From Camelus ferus (Eukaryota): a DNA stretch of 64,000 bases. The position numbers and the translations under genes are program-made. The notes below the pieces were generated by a model. The model saw only the letters and a program-made list of their open reading frames with translations, was not told the DNA's origin and searched no databases. Location of the stretch: assembly GCF_009834535.1 (NCBI RefSeq), contig NC_045696.1:43774001-43838000 (forward strand), read 5' to 3'. Positions 1-15,000 of this stretch are shown here, piece after piece; positions within the stretch are counted from its first letter, which is position 1, and each line of letters opens with the position of its first letter.

Positions 1-335
1 GTAGGACATCCTACTTCTCAAAAACATCCAGGTTATTAAATATCAAGATTATTAAAAAAAAAAAAAGACTGAGAAACTCTGCCAAACTTTAAGTACTAAA
101 GAAATATAGCAACTAAACACAACGAGTAATCCTCTACTGGATCCTGGATCAGGGAAAGAACAAAAGCTTTAAAAAAATTAGGTACAAACTGTGGATAACA
201 TTTGATCAATATCAAATTTTTGACTTTGATAATTGCACTGTGGTTTTTTAAAACAATGCCCTTGTCCTTAGTTTTAAGGGAGTGCACACTATAGTACTTA
301 GGTGCAGGAGGCATGCTGTAGTCAAGATAGTCTCC
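1..335 (+). mobile_element. Old L1 3' UTR fragment (L1MC/L1ME-like)
   Basis: 'gcaactaaacacaa...atcctctactggatcctggatcag...aaatttttgactttgataattgcactgtggt' resembles the 3' end of ancient eutherian L1s. Confidence 0.6.
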
Positions 336-2224
336 AATGTAAGATTTTTTTTCACACCTGATTGTGTCCATTCTTTGTGATTAACCTTTGGGAATCAGCT
401 GAATTTCCTGGATTAAACCCCGAGAGCCTATAAAGAACATTTTCTTACAAATGAATGAGCTACTGGTCATAGTTATGAATTTGATCCAGTGTGTGAAATG
501 ATTCTAGCCTTTAATGGAGCCCTACTGCATTGGATCTAAAACACATTGGTTAGTTCAACTGTGCATTGTAACCTTAAATCTGCAAAGAAAATTTGTACCT
601 ATAAACTCACCTCGAAATATGCTGTTTGTAGGCAGTTCATACTGAACCTATATTTATGTGTTTATATCCATATTCTTGACATATTATTTATGTTAGAGCC
701 TGCCACCTGAGTGCTGTATTGACTACACACTGAGGTTTAAAACAGTATATAGCCATTTAAAAAACAACCCATCTGGGTAAGAGAAGGCAATTACCATTAT
801 TGCCTGCCACTTATGTAAGTTAAATCCCACATGTAAATATATTCTCAAGAGAAGGTGATAGATTGCCTCTTTGTTAAATTAAGAAGGTTCAAGGAGTGAC
901 ACTTCATAAAAAACTGCCCTGCTGTTTCTACACAGGCTCTACTACTCATATATGCAATCAAACTCAAGTACACAATTGGACAGAGCTTGCAGGGATTCAT
1001 AGCCCTGCTTCATATCTAGAATTTTTCCTTTGATGAATGTCACGTTGCCAGCAAGCTCATCTGGTAGCATGTGGAGATAGAGTAAAAAACATTAAAACAG
1101 TCACATAAGTTACAAATCAATGACTAAAGCATCTTTTTAGTGACACAATCAGAATACTGAAACACTGCTAGGAAATAAAGATTATTGGTAATATTTTTGC
1201 CTATTTTAAAAATTTTAGCTACTATGAAACAGTAATGTGATTGGTATGTGTGGGGAAGTATAACAATATTGTGTCTCACATACTATCCTATGTGGGCATG
1301 TATATATAACCATTGAAACTAGGACTCAATAAAACAACTTTAAAGACAATGGAGATCATCTTGTCTATATTATTATTATCATTGACAAATAACAAGGGCA
1401 ACAGCAATTTGCTATATCTTGTATTTAACACTTGAATCTGGACATTTCAGGGAACACTAAAAAAGGTATTCAAATATTTAATGACTTTCAATTTGATCTG
1501 ACTCAACTGATCAACAGAATTGGCACTTATCTTCCAACACTCAGTACACATGTAACAGGGCGTCAGTTTGTGTTTGCTTCAGTAAATCTTCCATTTGGTG
1601 AGACAGATACTGAATCAGTGATGGTCCTTGACACATAGGATTTTCCTCAAATGTTTGTTAAATGAATTTTTTTGTGAAGTAGATTAGAGAGGAAATGAGG
1701 AAGAAAAATAAAACTATCGGAGCTGGTCAAAGATGGACTATGCTAGTGTAAGAGTCACCACTTTTCTAATGGAAAATATTCAAACACAGACCCATTAAAT
1801 GATAGAAAAGAGAAACATGAAGTTAATTGGGGTTTTACCTAGAATCAGTGTTTTTCCAAGTATTTTTTAGCCTCTGAACCAGTGGTGTAATTGAAATCAC
1901 ATGAGGGAGGTTTATTCATAAGGATTTTTAAAAAATCGATACATAATAGAAACATTTTAAAACAGCTAAATAAGGGGACATGTGAAATGTGTTGGTTCAT
2001 GTATGTAAAACAATTAAAGATGACTTTAGCCTTTGTCAATAGAGTCAGAGCTATGTTATCAGTAGTTGGTGTCTCCATCCTAGATTTTTTTTTTGACTGA
2101 ATTCTCTCTTTACTGGGATTTTTTTTTTTTTTTAAGTTGACAGGCAGCATTTGATGGTAAGTGACAATATTATTTTCTAATTTGCTCATAAACTCAAACT
2201 CAACTTTTTTTCTTTGTATCTTGT

Positions 2225-2610
2225 TTTTTTAAATTGAGGTATAGTCAGTCTACAATGTTGTGTCAATTTCTGGTGGACAGCACAATGCTTCAGCCATACA
2301 TGAATATACATATATTCGTTTTCATATTATTTTTCACCATAAGCTACTACAAGATATTGAATATAGTTCCCTATGCTATACAGTATAAACTTGCTTATCT
2401 ATTTTATCTATACCAGTCAGTATCTGCAAATCTCGAACTCCCAGTTTATCCCTTCCCACCCCCTTTCCCGCTGGTAACCATAAATTTGCTTCCTATGTCT
2501 GTGAGTCTGTTTCTGTTTTGTAAATAAGTTTGTTTGTCTTCTTTTTTTAGATTCCACATATGAGTGATATCATAAGGTATTTTTCTTTCTCTTTCTATCT
2601 TACTTCACAA
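2225..2610 (-). mobile_element. Lineage-specific L1 3' end
   Basis: Poly-T then 'aattgaggtatagtcagtctacaatgttgtgtcaatttctggt...gattccacatatgagtgatatcat' is the reverse complement of the L1 tail seen at 54600-54870. Confidence 0.85.
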
Positions 2611-2699
2611 AACTTCATGGCTGTTTGATTATTATCACTAAATCAGACATTTTCCTACCCAATTTTCTTGATTGTGTATTCATATGTATACGTGTGTGA

Positions 2700-2920
2700 C
2701 CATCATTAATTGACCAGCTTTGACTGTTTCTAATATATGTCAGGCTTCATATGGTACCTAGTTAAACATTAAGCAACCTAGTTAGGTCCATAATATTATC
2801 CCTGTTTTAAATGGGCAGAACAAGTACATCAGAGAGTTAAAGTAAGTTACCACAAATACATAGCTACTTAGTTAAAGAGGTTAAAACCTGTGTCTAAACT
2901 CATATTTGTATACCATTTGG
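2700..2920. mobile_element. MIR SINE, degraded
   Basis: 'attatccctgttttaaatggg...agagagttaaagtaagttaccacaa' matches the MIR core. Confidence 0.55.
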
Positions 2921-4669
2921 TGTCTACATCATGGTCAGTGTATGCAATTTGGTTAACTGAATTAAAAAATGGAAAATAAAAGCTTCTGTAGATTCTTGAC
3001 TCTTCACAGCAGCTACGTGTACATCTTTCTAAATGGCAAAAGCATCTGAAGGAAGACTTGTATTTTCTTGTCAATTCGCTTAGGCAATTTTAAAGGTACA
3101 TAGGAATCATCACCTTTCTAAAGTAGTTTTTTTCCTTTTGAGTCATATTTCCTTGTTACTATGCTTTATATGTTTGAGTATAATACTTGATTTAGAAATC
3201 AGAGAGACAAAGTAAACAATTCTCTCTTCCTTAGTGTTGAAAGTTTAAGCAGTTGAAGTAAATTAGCTTGCTAGTACTACTTTTGGTTAGAAACCATAAG
3301 TGTAATTTAATATGCACTCTAGAAATGTCCTTTCCCAAAGAACAATTTTTTTTTAAATTTAGTATCATATCTACTTTCTCTTTGGCAAATATTTTTGACA
3401 GGTGGCAAATAAGCAAGTAATTGTTTCCACCAAAGCCAACCAATCAACCAACCAAATATACACACTCACTGCACTGACCAAAAATAGGTACCCTACAAAT
3501 AGCGTTGAGCTTCAAGTGACTTGCTAAGCAGAAAAATAACTGAAAAGAAAGCAATAGGAAACAGACTTTCAATATTGCTGAAGATTCCACATTGCTGTCT
3601 ATTCCACATTGTCTTTATGCTTGAACTCTGTTGGAATTCTGATCTAGAATCCTCTAGATTTTGGCTTCTCTAGAATAAGAATTCTGGCTTCTTCTTTCTC
3701 CAAATCTCATCATCATTATGATCATTGATAGTGTTTTTACAGTGTATTCATTAAATAATCATTTATTATAGATATTTTTCTTAGAGTTTAATATGCATCA
3801 CCTCAATTAAAATTTACAACAATCTGTGGCCCAGATACCTTTATTTTATCCACTTGGCACTATCCACTTAAGATTCATTTAATATATACAATATGTTAGA
3901 ATATGTAAATAGGGGAAGAGAAGATCTCACAATTCTTCCTTAACATGAAGATGGCATATGCTATGTGACTCAGCCATTCACTTTTGCTTTAGTCTTTCAA
4001 AAGTTTGGAAATTTGTATTATAGACAAATGATCTTCAAACTGAAGGGCAGTGTTGTCATTTTCAGGTTATCTGAGAGCTATGGTTCAAAATCCGTATATT
4101 AGTTAGAAATAACAGTATCTCATATAAAGGGTAAGAATATGTTAGTAAAACAGTTTAGCTAAGTCTTTGGAACCTCAAAGAAAATGTAAAGAGGAAACAA
4201 AGTAAACTATGCTGTCTTTGACAAAATTGCCAATGAGAAATACGCAAAAAATTTTAGAATAACTAAGAATTTACATTTATCCTAACCTTCTAGTTGTCAC
4301 TGCAACAAATCTTAGTTATCTTCTAATCAATCATTCCTCTTTGAAACAAGGAAAACATGATTATTGTCTCATGATACTGTCTTAGGTACTTTATTATACT
4401 GTGCCTTCAATGGTTGGTAATAATTTCTTAGTTATTTGCTAGATATATTTATGTGCATGATGTTGGAGATTTTAGACCAGAGGCAGGGATATTTTGGAAA
4501 GAGGGTCTGTATCTGAGCTACAACCAATATTATCTAATCATATAATGTCTCACCTGCCCATGAGAACAGCATGTAAAATAAATCTAAAAATCAAAGTTAT
4601 TTTCATAAATGTGATCTGGCTTTAAATTTGTAAATTTCTCCAACATGCAAAGACTACACACTTTCAGTT

Positions 4670-7600
4670 ATTAAATAGGAGCTTTTATATTGCAGTTAGT
4701 TTCCTTCTATTCATAATTTGTTAAATGTTTTTATCATGAAAGGTTTGGATTTTTTATATGCTTTTTCCATATTGAAATGATCATGTGCTTTTTTCCCACA
4801 TGCATTCTGTTGATGTGGCATAATATATTAATCAATTTTGATATGTTGAACCATCCTTGCATTCCAGGAATAAATCTCACTTGATCACGATGTGTAATCC
4901 TTATAATATGTGACTGAATTGTTTGATAGTATCTTATTGAGGACTTTTACATCAATGTTCATAAGATATATTGGTCTGTAATTTTCTTTTCTTTGTCTGG
5001 CATTGGTATCAGAGCAATGCTGGCCTCACAGAATAAGTTTAGAAGTATCCCTTCCTCTTCAGTTTTTTGGATATGTTTGAGAAGTATTAGAATTAGTTCT
5101 TTAAATTTGGTAGAATTCAATAATGAAGACATCAAGTCAGCAGTTTTTCTATAATTTTTGATTACTGATCCAATCTCTTTACTAGTTGTAACTCTATTTA
5201 AATATTCTACTTATTCATGATTTAGCCTTGGCAGGTTTCATACTTCTAGGCACTGCCCATTTCATCTTTGTTACATAATTTGTTGGTGTACAGTTATCTA
5301 TAGTGTTGTTTTATATTCCTTTGTATATTTATATTATCAGTAGTAATGTCCCACTTTTGTTTTAGATTTTAGTAAATTGAATCTTCTTTATTTTTATAGT
5401 TTTCCATCTAGCTAAAGGTTTGTCAGCTTTTTTTGTTGATCTTTTAGAAGGACAGACTTTTGGTTTCATTGATTTGCTCTATTTTTCTATTTTTAAATTT
5501 CATTTGTCTCTGTTCTAATTTCTATGATTTCCTTCCATCTGCTGGGTTTGGGTTTAGTTTGTTCTCCTTTCTCTAGTTCCTTAAGCTATAAAGTTAGGTT
5601 GTTGATTTGAGATCTCCCTTGTTTTTAATGTAAGCATTTATACTTATAAGTTTCCTGCTTAGCACTACTTTGGCTGCATCCTGTAAGTTTTTGTGTGGTA
5701 TGTTTTCATTTACCTCAAATTATTTTCAAATTTCTCTTGTAATTTCTTCTTTGATCCACTGGTAGTTTAAAAGTGTGCTACTTAATTTCCACAATTTTGT
5801 AATTTTTCTACTTTTCTTTTTGTTCAATTTGTAGTTTTATCCCATTGTATCAGAGAAGATACTAAGTATGATATCTGGCTTTTAAATTATACTGTGACTT
5901 AATGCATGGCCTCTGGTCTACCCCAGAAATTATCCCATGTACAATTGAAAAGAATATGTATTCTGTTGTTGCTGGGTAGAATGTTTTCTATGTGTCTATT
6001 ATACTTAGTTGGTTTATTGTGTTAAGTCCTTGATTTCCTTACTTATTTTCTGTCTGGTTGTTCTATCCAGTATTGTGAGTGGGACAGTGAAGTCTCCAAC
6101 TATTACTGTAGAACTATCTATTTCTCCCTTCAATTCTCTAAAAATTTGCTTCCTGTATTTTGGTGGTCTCTCATTAAGTGTGTAAGTATCTATAATTGCT
6201 ACACCCTCTTGCTCTATTGAAAATTTTATTAATATATGATGTCTTCCATGTTTCTTGTAAACTTTCTGATTTAAAGTCCATTTTGTCTGATATTAATATA
6301 GCCACACTTATTCTCTTTTGGCTACTATTTTCACAGAATATATTTTCCATCCTTTCACTTTCAACCTATTTGCATCTTTGGATTTCAAATGAGTCTCTTG
6401 TAGACAGTATATAGTTAAATCATGTGTTTTTATCTATTCTGCCAATCTCTGGGTTTTAATTGAAGAGTTTAATCCATTTACTGATAAGGAGGGACTTACT
6501 GCTGTCATTGTGCTATTTTATTATATAAAACATTTTTTTCTAAAAAAGCCTTATAGCTTTTTTTGTCTCTCATACTCTGCAGTACTGTCCTCCTTTGGGC
6601 TTAGCTCAATTATTGTAGTGAAATATTTTAATTCCTTTCTCTTTTCCTTTTGTGTATATTTTATTGCTATTTTCTTTGTGGTTACCATGGACATTACATT
6701 CAACATTATAGAATTATTTTAATTTGAATTTATACCATCTTAAAGATACAAAAACTCTGCTCCTTAACAGCTCTTTCCCTATTCCTTTTGGTTGTTGATG
6801 TCACAAAACTGCATCTTGTTATACCATTTGCTAAAAAACATAAACTAATTTTTAACTGTATTAGTCATTAAATTATAGAAAACCAGATTTTGAGTTATGA
6901 ACCAAAGTTACAGTAACACCAAATTTTACACTAATTATTTTTTTCTTTAAATAAACTAGTCTTTTAAATTATGTAGAAACAAAAAGTACAGTTACAAGCC
7001 ACTGTTACAATAACATTAGCTTTTATAATTGTTCCTGTATTTATCTTTATTGGTATCTGTATTTCTCCATACAGTTTTTAATTACTGTCTTGTATCCTTG
7101 CATTTCACCTTGCAGGACTCCCTTAAGCATTTCTTGCAGGCTGGTCTAGTGGTCACAGACTCCCTCAGCTTGTGTTTATCTGGATATATCTTAATTTTTC
7201 CTATACTCATAAAAGACAGTTTCTCAAGTTCTAGGATTCTTGGTTGATAGCTTTTTCTTTTAGCACTTTGAATATATCAGCCCAGTCTTCTGACCTCCAA
7301 AGTGTCTGATGAAAAATATGCTGATAATCTTATTGAGCATATTTGAGTTCATCTTACTTGGAGTTCACAGAGCTATTTGGATGTTCATATTAATGTCTTT
7401 CCTCAAATGTTAGAGGGTTTTAGCCATTATTTCCTCAAATATTCTCTCTGCTCATTCTCCCTCTGTTCTCCTTCTGGGGTTCCCATAATACATATGTTGA
7501 TCCATTTTATCATATCCTAACAAGCTCCTTACAATCTTTCTGTCATTCTGTTTCTCAGACATAATAATTTTCCTATCCTCAAGTTTGCTGAGTTTTTCTC

Positions 7601-8715
7601 CTACCTACTCAAGTCTGTCTTTAAAACCCCCTAGCAAAATGCTTCATTATTATGGTATTTTTAGCTTCAGAAATTTCATTTGGTCTCTTTTTAGGTTTTC
7701 TATTTCTTTACTGATATCTCATTTTGTTCACATATCCTTTTCTTGACTTTCTCCATGTCTCTCTTTAGTTCTTTGAGTATTTTTAAGATTTTTTTTAAAC
7801 CTTTGTCTAGTGTTTTTGCCATTAGATTTTTTTCAAGGATCATTTCTGTTGACTTTTTCTTTTTTTCCCTTTGAATATGCCATACTTTCCTGTTTCTCTG
7901 TATGCCTTGTGATTTTTTTTTTGAACAATGAACATATAAATCTAATAATGTAGTAACCCTAGAAATCAGGTTCTCCTTTTTCCCCATGGTTTTTGAGGGT
8001 GTTGCTGCTGTTGTTGTTGTTTTATTGTTTTGTTTTTGCTTTTGTTTTGTTTTTAATTGTAGACTCTCTGTGCTGAGAATCATACTTAGGTATAAACTTA
8101 AGGTCTTCTCAGGCCTTTTCTGAGCCTTTCCCATGGCATGTATACTTTCTAACTTTCATTATATACACAGTTGCTTTTGAATTACCTAGTCTTTAATGTC
8201 TAGTTGCTAAAAGCGTAAAAAGCAAAAAAGTAAAGGGGGGTGGGGAGGGACCCATCCCCTTAAATTTTTGGAAAGTCACTTCAACCAAGGGGGTAGGGAC
8301 TGCAACAATGGGAGAAGGTGCACAACAATGGCTGCCCATCTCTTTGTCTGCACTTCTGTGATCAGAAACTACAAAAAACAATCAGAACAGAGATCCTTAA
8401 TATTTAGAGAACAGGGTCTATTTTGCCTACCCTCACTCACACGAACTGTGTGAAAACTGCTTCAGGAATACGTGCATAGCTGCCTGCCATGTGGCTAGGG
8501 TTAGTGAAGGAGTAATTGCTGTTGTGCTAAAAGCTGAAGTTGACTGAAATGAACCACAACTAATTGTCTAAGTCTTCCCCTGAAGTAATAAGCCTTCAAC
8601 AGACTCCAGAGTTTGAAAACAGTTACATCAGAAAGACTCTGCCAGTGGAATTACTGGCTAGGTAAAAAGACAAATTCCTGATGGTACCTACTCCATCTTC
8701 CCAGAATCTGCTGGA
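4670..8715 (-). mobile_element. L1 (5' UTR, ORF1 and 5' part of ORF2), decayed
   Basis: Antisense L1 ORF2 text ('gaaccatccttgcattccaggaataaatc', 'gtgaagtctccaactattactg'); ORF 7700-8134(-) is K/E-rich like the ORF1 coiled coil. Confidence 0.85.
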
Positions 8716-8899
8716 CAATCTCTGATATATATTTTTAAAAACTCACAATTGAATTTTGTACGAAATTTTATCTTTAGCACCAATTTTTAACTCCAAAATT
8801 AAAAAAAAAATAATACTCTGATTTGTTTTAATATTTAGACTATATTCCTTTTTGTAAAATATGCATTAACTTATTCAATCTCCACGCCTACTCAGCAGT

Positions 8900-9055
8900 G
8901 CTATCATTATTCTCACAATACTATGTACCAATGTGAAAACTGATAAACAGAGAAGTTGTGTAATTTCCCAAAGATCCTACAACCAATAAATGTCAAAATT
9001 TTGATTTGTACTGAAAGAAATGTGGCTCCCAGATTTATACTCCCAACCCCTACAA
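8900..9055. mobile_element. MIR SINE fragment
   Basis: 'aaaactgataaacagagaagttgtgtaatttcccaaagatc' MIR core. Confidence 0.55.
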
Positions 9056-12000
9056 TATATTTCAGAGTACTCATGTGACCAATTAGGAAAAGTTATGCTC
9101 ACTACCAAAGTTCTTTGTGCATTTATTAACACAAAATAGTAAATGTATTAATAGTTATTCATACAGTTAAAAGCCCTGGTACTAATAATGCAACCAAAAG
9201 TTAACAGAATATATTATAATGTCTCTTTAAGTTCACAACAGCAGGAAAAAAATAAAATAATACAGCTTTTCTTTACCAGCACAATCTGGAAACCCAGGTT
9301 CTTCCAAACCTATTCCTCTGGCTAAGAAAAGTTCAAAAGGAAACAGCTAGTATGTGAGTGATTACAACTTCAGACACGAAGCCTTGTGGATTCAGTATAA
9401 CAGTAAAAATATTATTTTGAGTAGCTCTGCCTCTTAATTATTCAGTTTATCATATCTAATAATATCTGCCAAAATCTACTTTTGGTTCTAAGTTTTTTCT
9501 AATTGTGCATTTTCTTTTCAGGATCTAATTTTATCCTGAGGAGGCACTGATGGTTGACTCATTTTATGTTCTTACCACTTTTCAGTGTGCTGACTGAAAT
9601 GCTCACCAACTAAACATTTCCCTTATCTCTACTGCTTAGTGTTATTTAGCCCCAGTCATTTTTGGAATCTATCCCTAATAATGAATTAAACCTCAAATGA
9701 GATAGACAAATCAATGTAGTCTGAACTTCCTCAATGTAGGAATAAAAAAGCTGGTCCAGGTAGAACAATCAAACTATCCAAAGGTGTGTAATATTTTTAT
9801 ATTTGTTTACATATACCCTGTGGTGAACTAGAAAAGATTTAGAGCAGTCTATAGTGATATTTAAAACACAGCAAGAGAGTTTAATGAAAACGAAATGAAA
9901 AAGAAAATAGGTAAACAATATGAACATTAATAGAAAAGAGATAGAAGTATGTCTAAAATAGAAATAAACACAGTAAAATCATACATTTTCTAGATATGGG
10001 ACATTAATTTGAAATGTTAGAAGCAATCCAAATAAGAAGACCAGAAAACAGCAAAATAGTGTGTTTAATGATAAAAATCACACAAATTACTCAAGGAAAG
10101 AATAGCTATTAATGATACTATAACAGAAATATATTTCTCCAAATACCCTCATAATGAAGAATTTACAGTAATTCTTAAATCACATTTCTTATACTAGAAA
10201 ATGTGTCTTAATATAAAATAATGTTGTCTTACAGGAGCACAAATAAGTAAATATATATGTATTAAGACTAATAAGAAAACCTGTAATTAGCCAAGATTTT
10301 TCTGGCTTTGTTACTAGAGGATAATTTTATATTCTTTGATATAGGTAAATGTTATAAATTTCAGCAATTCTCCATAATTAACTGTCTTTCAGCTGAACAT
10401 TCTATACTTTTAAATAGCATTCCATTAAAAATTGTGTTGCCTGGTAAATAAACTGAACTGGTTTTGGAATTAGCCTTTTTTTCCTATTATGATATATTAT
10501 AAATTTATTTCTTCCTATCTCTTGCCATGAGTCACTGATTGTGCCACTGATCTGATCCCAAGCCCAGCCAAACTTTCAAACCTGAGTGAAATATGTATAG
10601 TTATAAGCTCCTAAGATATGGGGACTGCTTGCTGTTTGATATTATCAGAGTAATACTTAATAGAGGTAGCAAGTACAGAAACTTATGCTCAATTATATAC
10701 ATTATCAGGGGGAAGACTGACATCATACTTTTTAAATGTAGAACAAGATCATCAAAGCTTAATAAAAGCCATCCAGATCTGATTCAGATTTGAGGTGAGG
10801 AAAAACAGTAAGAAACAACTAGTTTCACAATGACTCCTAGCTATTCCAGCCTAAATTTCATTTCAAGATGCTGCCCTTTCTGCCACAATTGAATATAATC
10901 AGGGAAGCTAAGATGGACCTCTCTTGGAGTTAGCTATCTACGTCAAAACAAACTGTCTTGTCTGGGAACGTCCTTTATAGTGATAGGTAGGATCCCAATC
11001 ATCACAGCTCTGCATTTTTGTCCTACCTAGCTGATTCTTTAGGAATATATACTTGACCTAGACTGGGCCAAAATTTTTAATTTGTAATAAAAGCTAGGGA
11101 ACGAGCAGTAGGTGAAATTGCATATGGTTGGTTGTCAAGCCTCTCTTTTATGTCAATTAATCAAGACTCATCATATTTCTAAATTTCTACATCCTTTACC
11201 CTTTTTTACTTTTTTATATCTTGTTGGGGAAAGCTGACACTATATGATCGCAAGTAATACAGCAGGTTTTGTCAAAAGTTTATTTTTTCTGACAAGTGCA
11301 ATTGGGAATAACTCCTTACAGATTAGTTCCTTACACTGAATGTGTTCTGAGTGACTATGGTCTCATGTCACTTATAAGCCCTATTGCTTTTTACATTGCA
11401 AAAACCCTGCATGTCCAGGGAAATTAATTTTTGATTATGAAATACTCTAAATTTTATTTTATATAATATCCCTTAAAAGGAGAACATGAAATAAAAACTA
11501 TCACATATATCTTTGTTATTAATACCAAAGAATCAAAACCCAGGTTGGTTGTTTCAATATTATTTGGCCATAATAAAAAAATTTTGTATTTTCATTTTTC
11601 AGTGGCAAAGAACGTTGTTGCTCCTCATGCCAACAATATACATTCACACAGGCAGTTAAACTATCACCAGTCTTCTGTTTGTCTCCAGGTAAGGGAAATA
11701 ACAGCTTGTGGAAAAGCTAATTAGATCCAGTTATTACTCACCTGAACTAATTTGACCTCCGATGTCTGGGAAGACGTCATCTGAATTAACTGAATAGAGA
11801 TTTAGCTACTATATGCACATGAGTTACTGTGGATAATTTATTCCGAATGAAATGCATTTGGAGAAGAGGAATGTACTGATTGAGACAAAATAATTTTAAA
11901 AAGGAGGGAGATGATCTAATTAAAAACTCCTAAAGGAATATGATTGTGCAACATAACTTGTATTGATTCATTAATCATTTGCGTATTTTCTCAGAACAGT

Positions 12001-15000
12001 CTCTTGCTGTAAGTAAAACAAAAGTCCTTAATTTTACTTTTAAAGTCTGAGCCTCAATTTGTTCATGTGATAAGGTGATGACTTATACTGATCAAATAAA
12101 TCCTTCCCTCTATGGAATTTCTCTCCCCCCCAATATATCATTTATTTAAAATGGTAACTAGATGCAAGAAACCCTTCTTGATTTTGTAGTTTCTAGATAG
12201 TTAATAAAATCCACACTAACTCACATAGATGGTTTCTGGGGTATGACAACACCACAATATTTTAATATCTGCTAAGTGCAGAGCAGAGTGCTCTAGGCAA
12301 CATAAGATATTCAACGGGTTATAACTTCCCCCCTAGGTAGCCAAAGCATGAGGAAGCCCTCACATTGGCATAGGCTTATAATGAGAGTTTTTCAGGAGAA
12401 AGTTGATGGACAGATAGAAGACGATCCACAAATATCTATTCCCATTTACTGAATCATTTTTATTCACTGGTAGGAAAACACATATTCTGAACCAAGAAAG
12501 CTTTATCAAATCGTGCTGAGAAATGACTAAGAGTGAAAGTGAATTAAAATATGGAAAATAATAAACAACAGCTCTCAAAGTAATTATTACATAATAGGAT
12601 GATAAAAGGGGATTGAAAAGGAGATGGGTACATAATTATAAATTTCCACTCAGGTCTGTGAAAGAGTTAGCAAAGCACATCACTATAAAAGGAGAAAGAA
12701 AAAACTCTCTTTATACCTTTTCCTTTATTCTTTATGACACTTAGCCTGCTATGCACTTTGTAGCAAAGGAACAGCTTCTAATCTATTTACACAAACCTAA
12801 ATAACTAGTGGGTACTGACCAAATGGTAGTTCAGACAGGGGCAGGCAGTATTCAGGCAGGGGAGGCAGAGGAGTCCTATACCTTTGAAGAATTTGTGACA
12901 TCCTATAACAGACACATGACTCCATCTTCTCAACTGTATCTTTGAATTTTACACTTTATACTCTCTTAAAAAGCCAATAGCCTTGTGACATATTTAAATC
13001 ACCATCAATCATATCTAACTTAGAATAATTTAAAGTTCTGAGAGTAGGCTTCAAGGCAAGATGAAAAGGACAGCATTAGATAACATAGAGATGTGTAAGG
13101 GAGTAACACAAATGTGACAAATAGAAATTACAGAGAAGAGAGTATGAGGACTTAACACTGTTTCCTAGCCAATAACAACTATTTCTGATGAGCCCAGTAG
13201 CTCAGATGTCACTGGATCCATTTATTTGCATTAAGAAAGTCATGAGTATATGCCACTATTTCTTCACCCAACTTCTTCAAACAGATCACATAAAGCCAGA
13301 TGGGGCAAAATCAGGTCTAATATATTTTTCCCTAACATTAGTAAACAGTGTTTTTGCACTTATGTGAATTGATCTTGGGTATGTGCCTAAAATGCCATGA
13401 AGCATTTATTAGGACATAAATACATAACATTTAGTGCAAAATTTCTATTAGCCACATTTTAAAGAAGACACTGTGGCACAGAGAAGCTAAATATATTTCA
13501 TAAGGACAGAAGCACACCTATAAGTGATATAAATCCAGCCTGTCTGTCCATGGTCTTACACTATGACTTTGCTATGCTGTCTCACTGAAAAGACCAAAAA
13601 AAAAAAAAAAAATTAATGGTATTAGAATATGAAAAAAGTTACCCAGTAGTACATAAATGAGTACACTTCAAAACTTTTAGAAAGTAAACACATTTTTGAC
13701 AAAACAATCAGTTGAAAATTATATATAATTTAAGAGAGCCTCCTAACATAATACATTTATTTTCTTTCATACAACAGCAGATTTCCTTCTGCCTTCATAT
13801 TAGATGGATGGAAATTTTCAGCAACCTAATTTTGGCTCTGAGTCACAGTCAGAAAACTGACCAGCAGTTTCCTTGATATGATCAACTCAGCAGGCCAGCA
13901 CAGATGGGCCTCCATCACCTCCTATCATTGAGTGCATTAGTGTTGTCAGCCCCCAGATCCAATTACATGAATGCTGCTTGGCCAAACAACACAGGGCCTT
14001 CCTTGTCTCCAGTGTCTCCTTTTAGAAGTGTATACAATATCACTTTGCCTCCTGGTGCTGGAGGTGGCCTCCTGGCTAATTTGATAAAGAGAACAGAAAG
14101 ATAATGTGACCCAACCCAATGCTGGCAACTGCCTTGGTGTTAATACTATTTCTTTAACACTTGTAATTCAATCTCTTAATAAATAAAACACAATTTTTTC
14201 CCTTAGCAACTGAGATTCAAATGCTTTGCGATAATATTTCCAAATTAGAATCAGCAGCACAGTATATGTATCTTCCTTCTGTCGACAAGACTTACAAGTT
14301 TTATTGTGAATTTATTTATTCCCTGTCTGACCTCAACATATTATCCTACCACCAAGATAGGATTAAGGGATTCCTGTGATATAATTTCAGTTTCAATTTT
14401 TAAAAATAACTTTGTTTTTGATTTCTACAAAGTAAGGGCTACCATTAACAGAAAAGCTTCAGGATTAAAAAAATAATAGGTGTTTTGAGGACTTTCGTTT
14501 GTTTGTTTTAATTCGTTTAGAATGTCTACAAGCCATATATCACCACCTAAAACAATATTTCTGTTTTCATAATATAGGAATACAATAACTCAATAATTAG
14601 GGAAACCCAGAAATACATGACAGGTGATGCTCACTGCTGATCATCCTTTGACATATGCTTTACTTTTCAGATTCTTCACTTCAGAAATATAACACAATCA
14701 TGATAGCAGCAGGAGTAAGTTAGGCTATGACTGTCATTCCAATTTCCTTTATTGATCTCTATCTCTCACCTATCTATCTTCCTTTCACACTGAAGGTAAC
14801 TGCAGAGAAAAATCAAGAACCACAAATGGCAGGTAAGTACTGTAGGTCTGAGTATGTGTCTCAATATTTTGTCATATAGCACATGTAGAGTAATGGCAGT
14901 GGATTTGAAAGGAGACTTTTTTTAGTTTTTTAGTTGCTAAAGGATCACCAAAGTCAGCTCAAACAATTTGTGAATTTATACAAGTTCTCTATTCTTCAGG

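Noticed and set aside
13780..14140. GC-richer patch with short ORFs on both strands and a TGAGTCA site
   Set aside because: No recognisable protein or donor site; an enhancer role cannot be supported from sequence alone.
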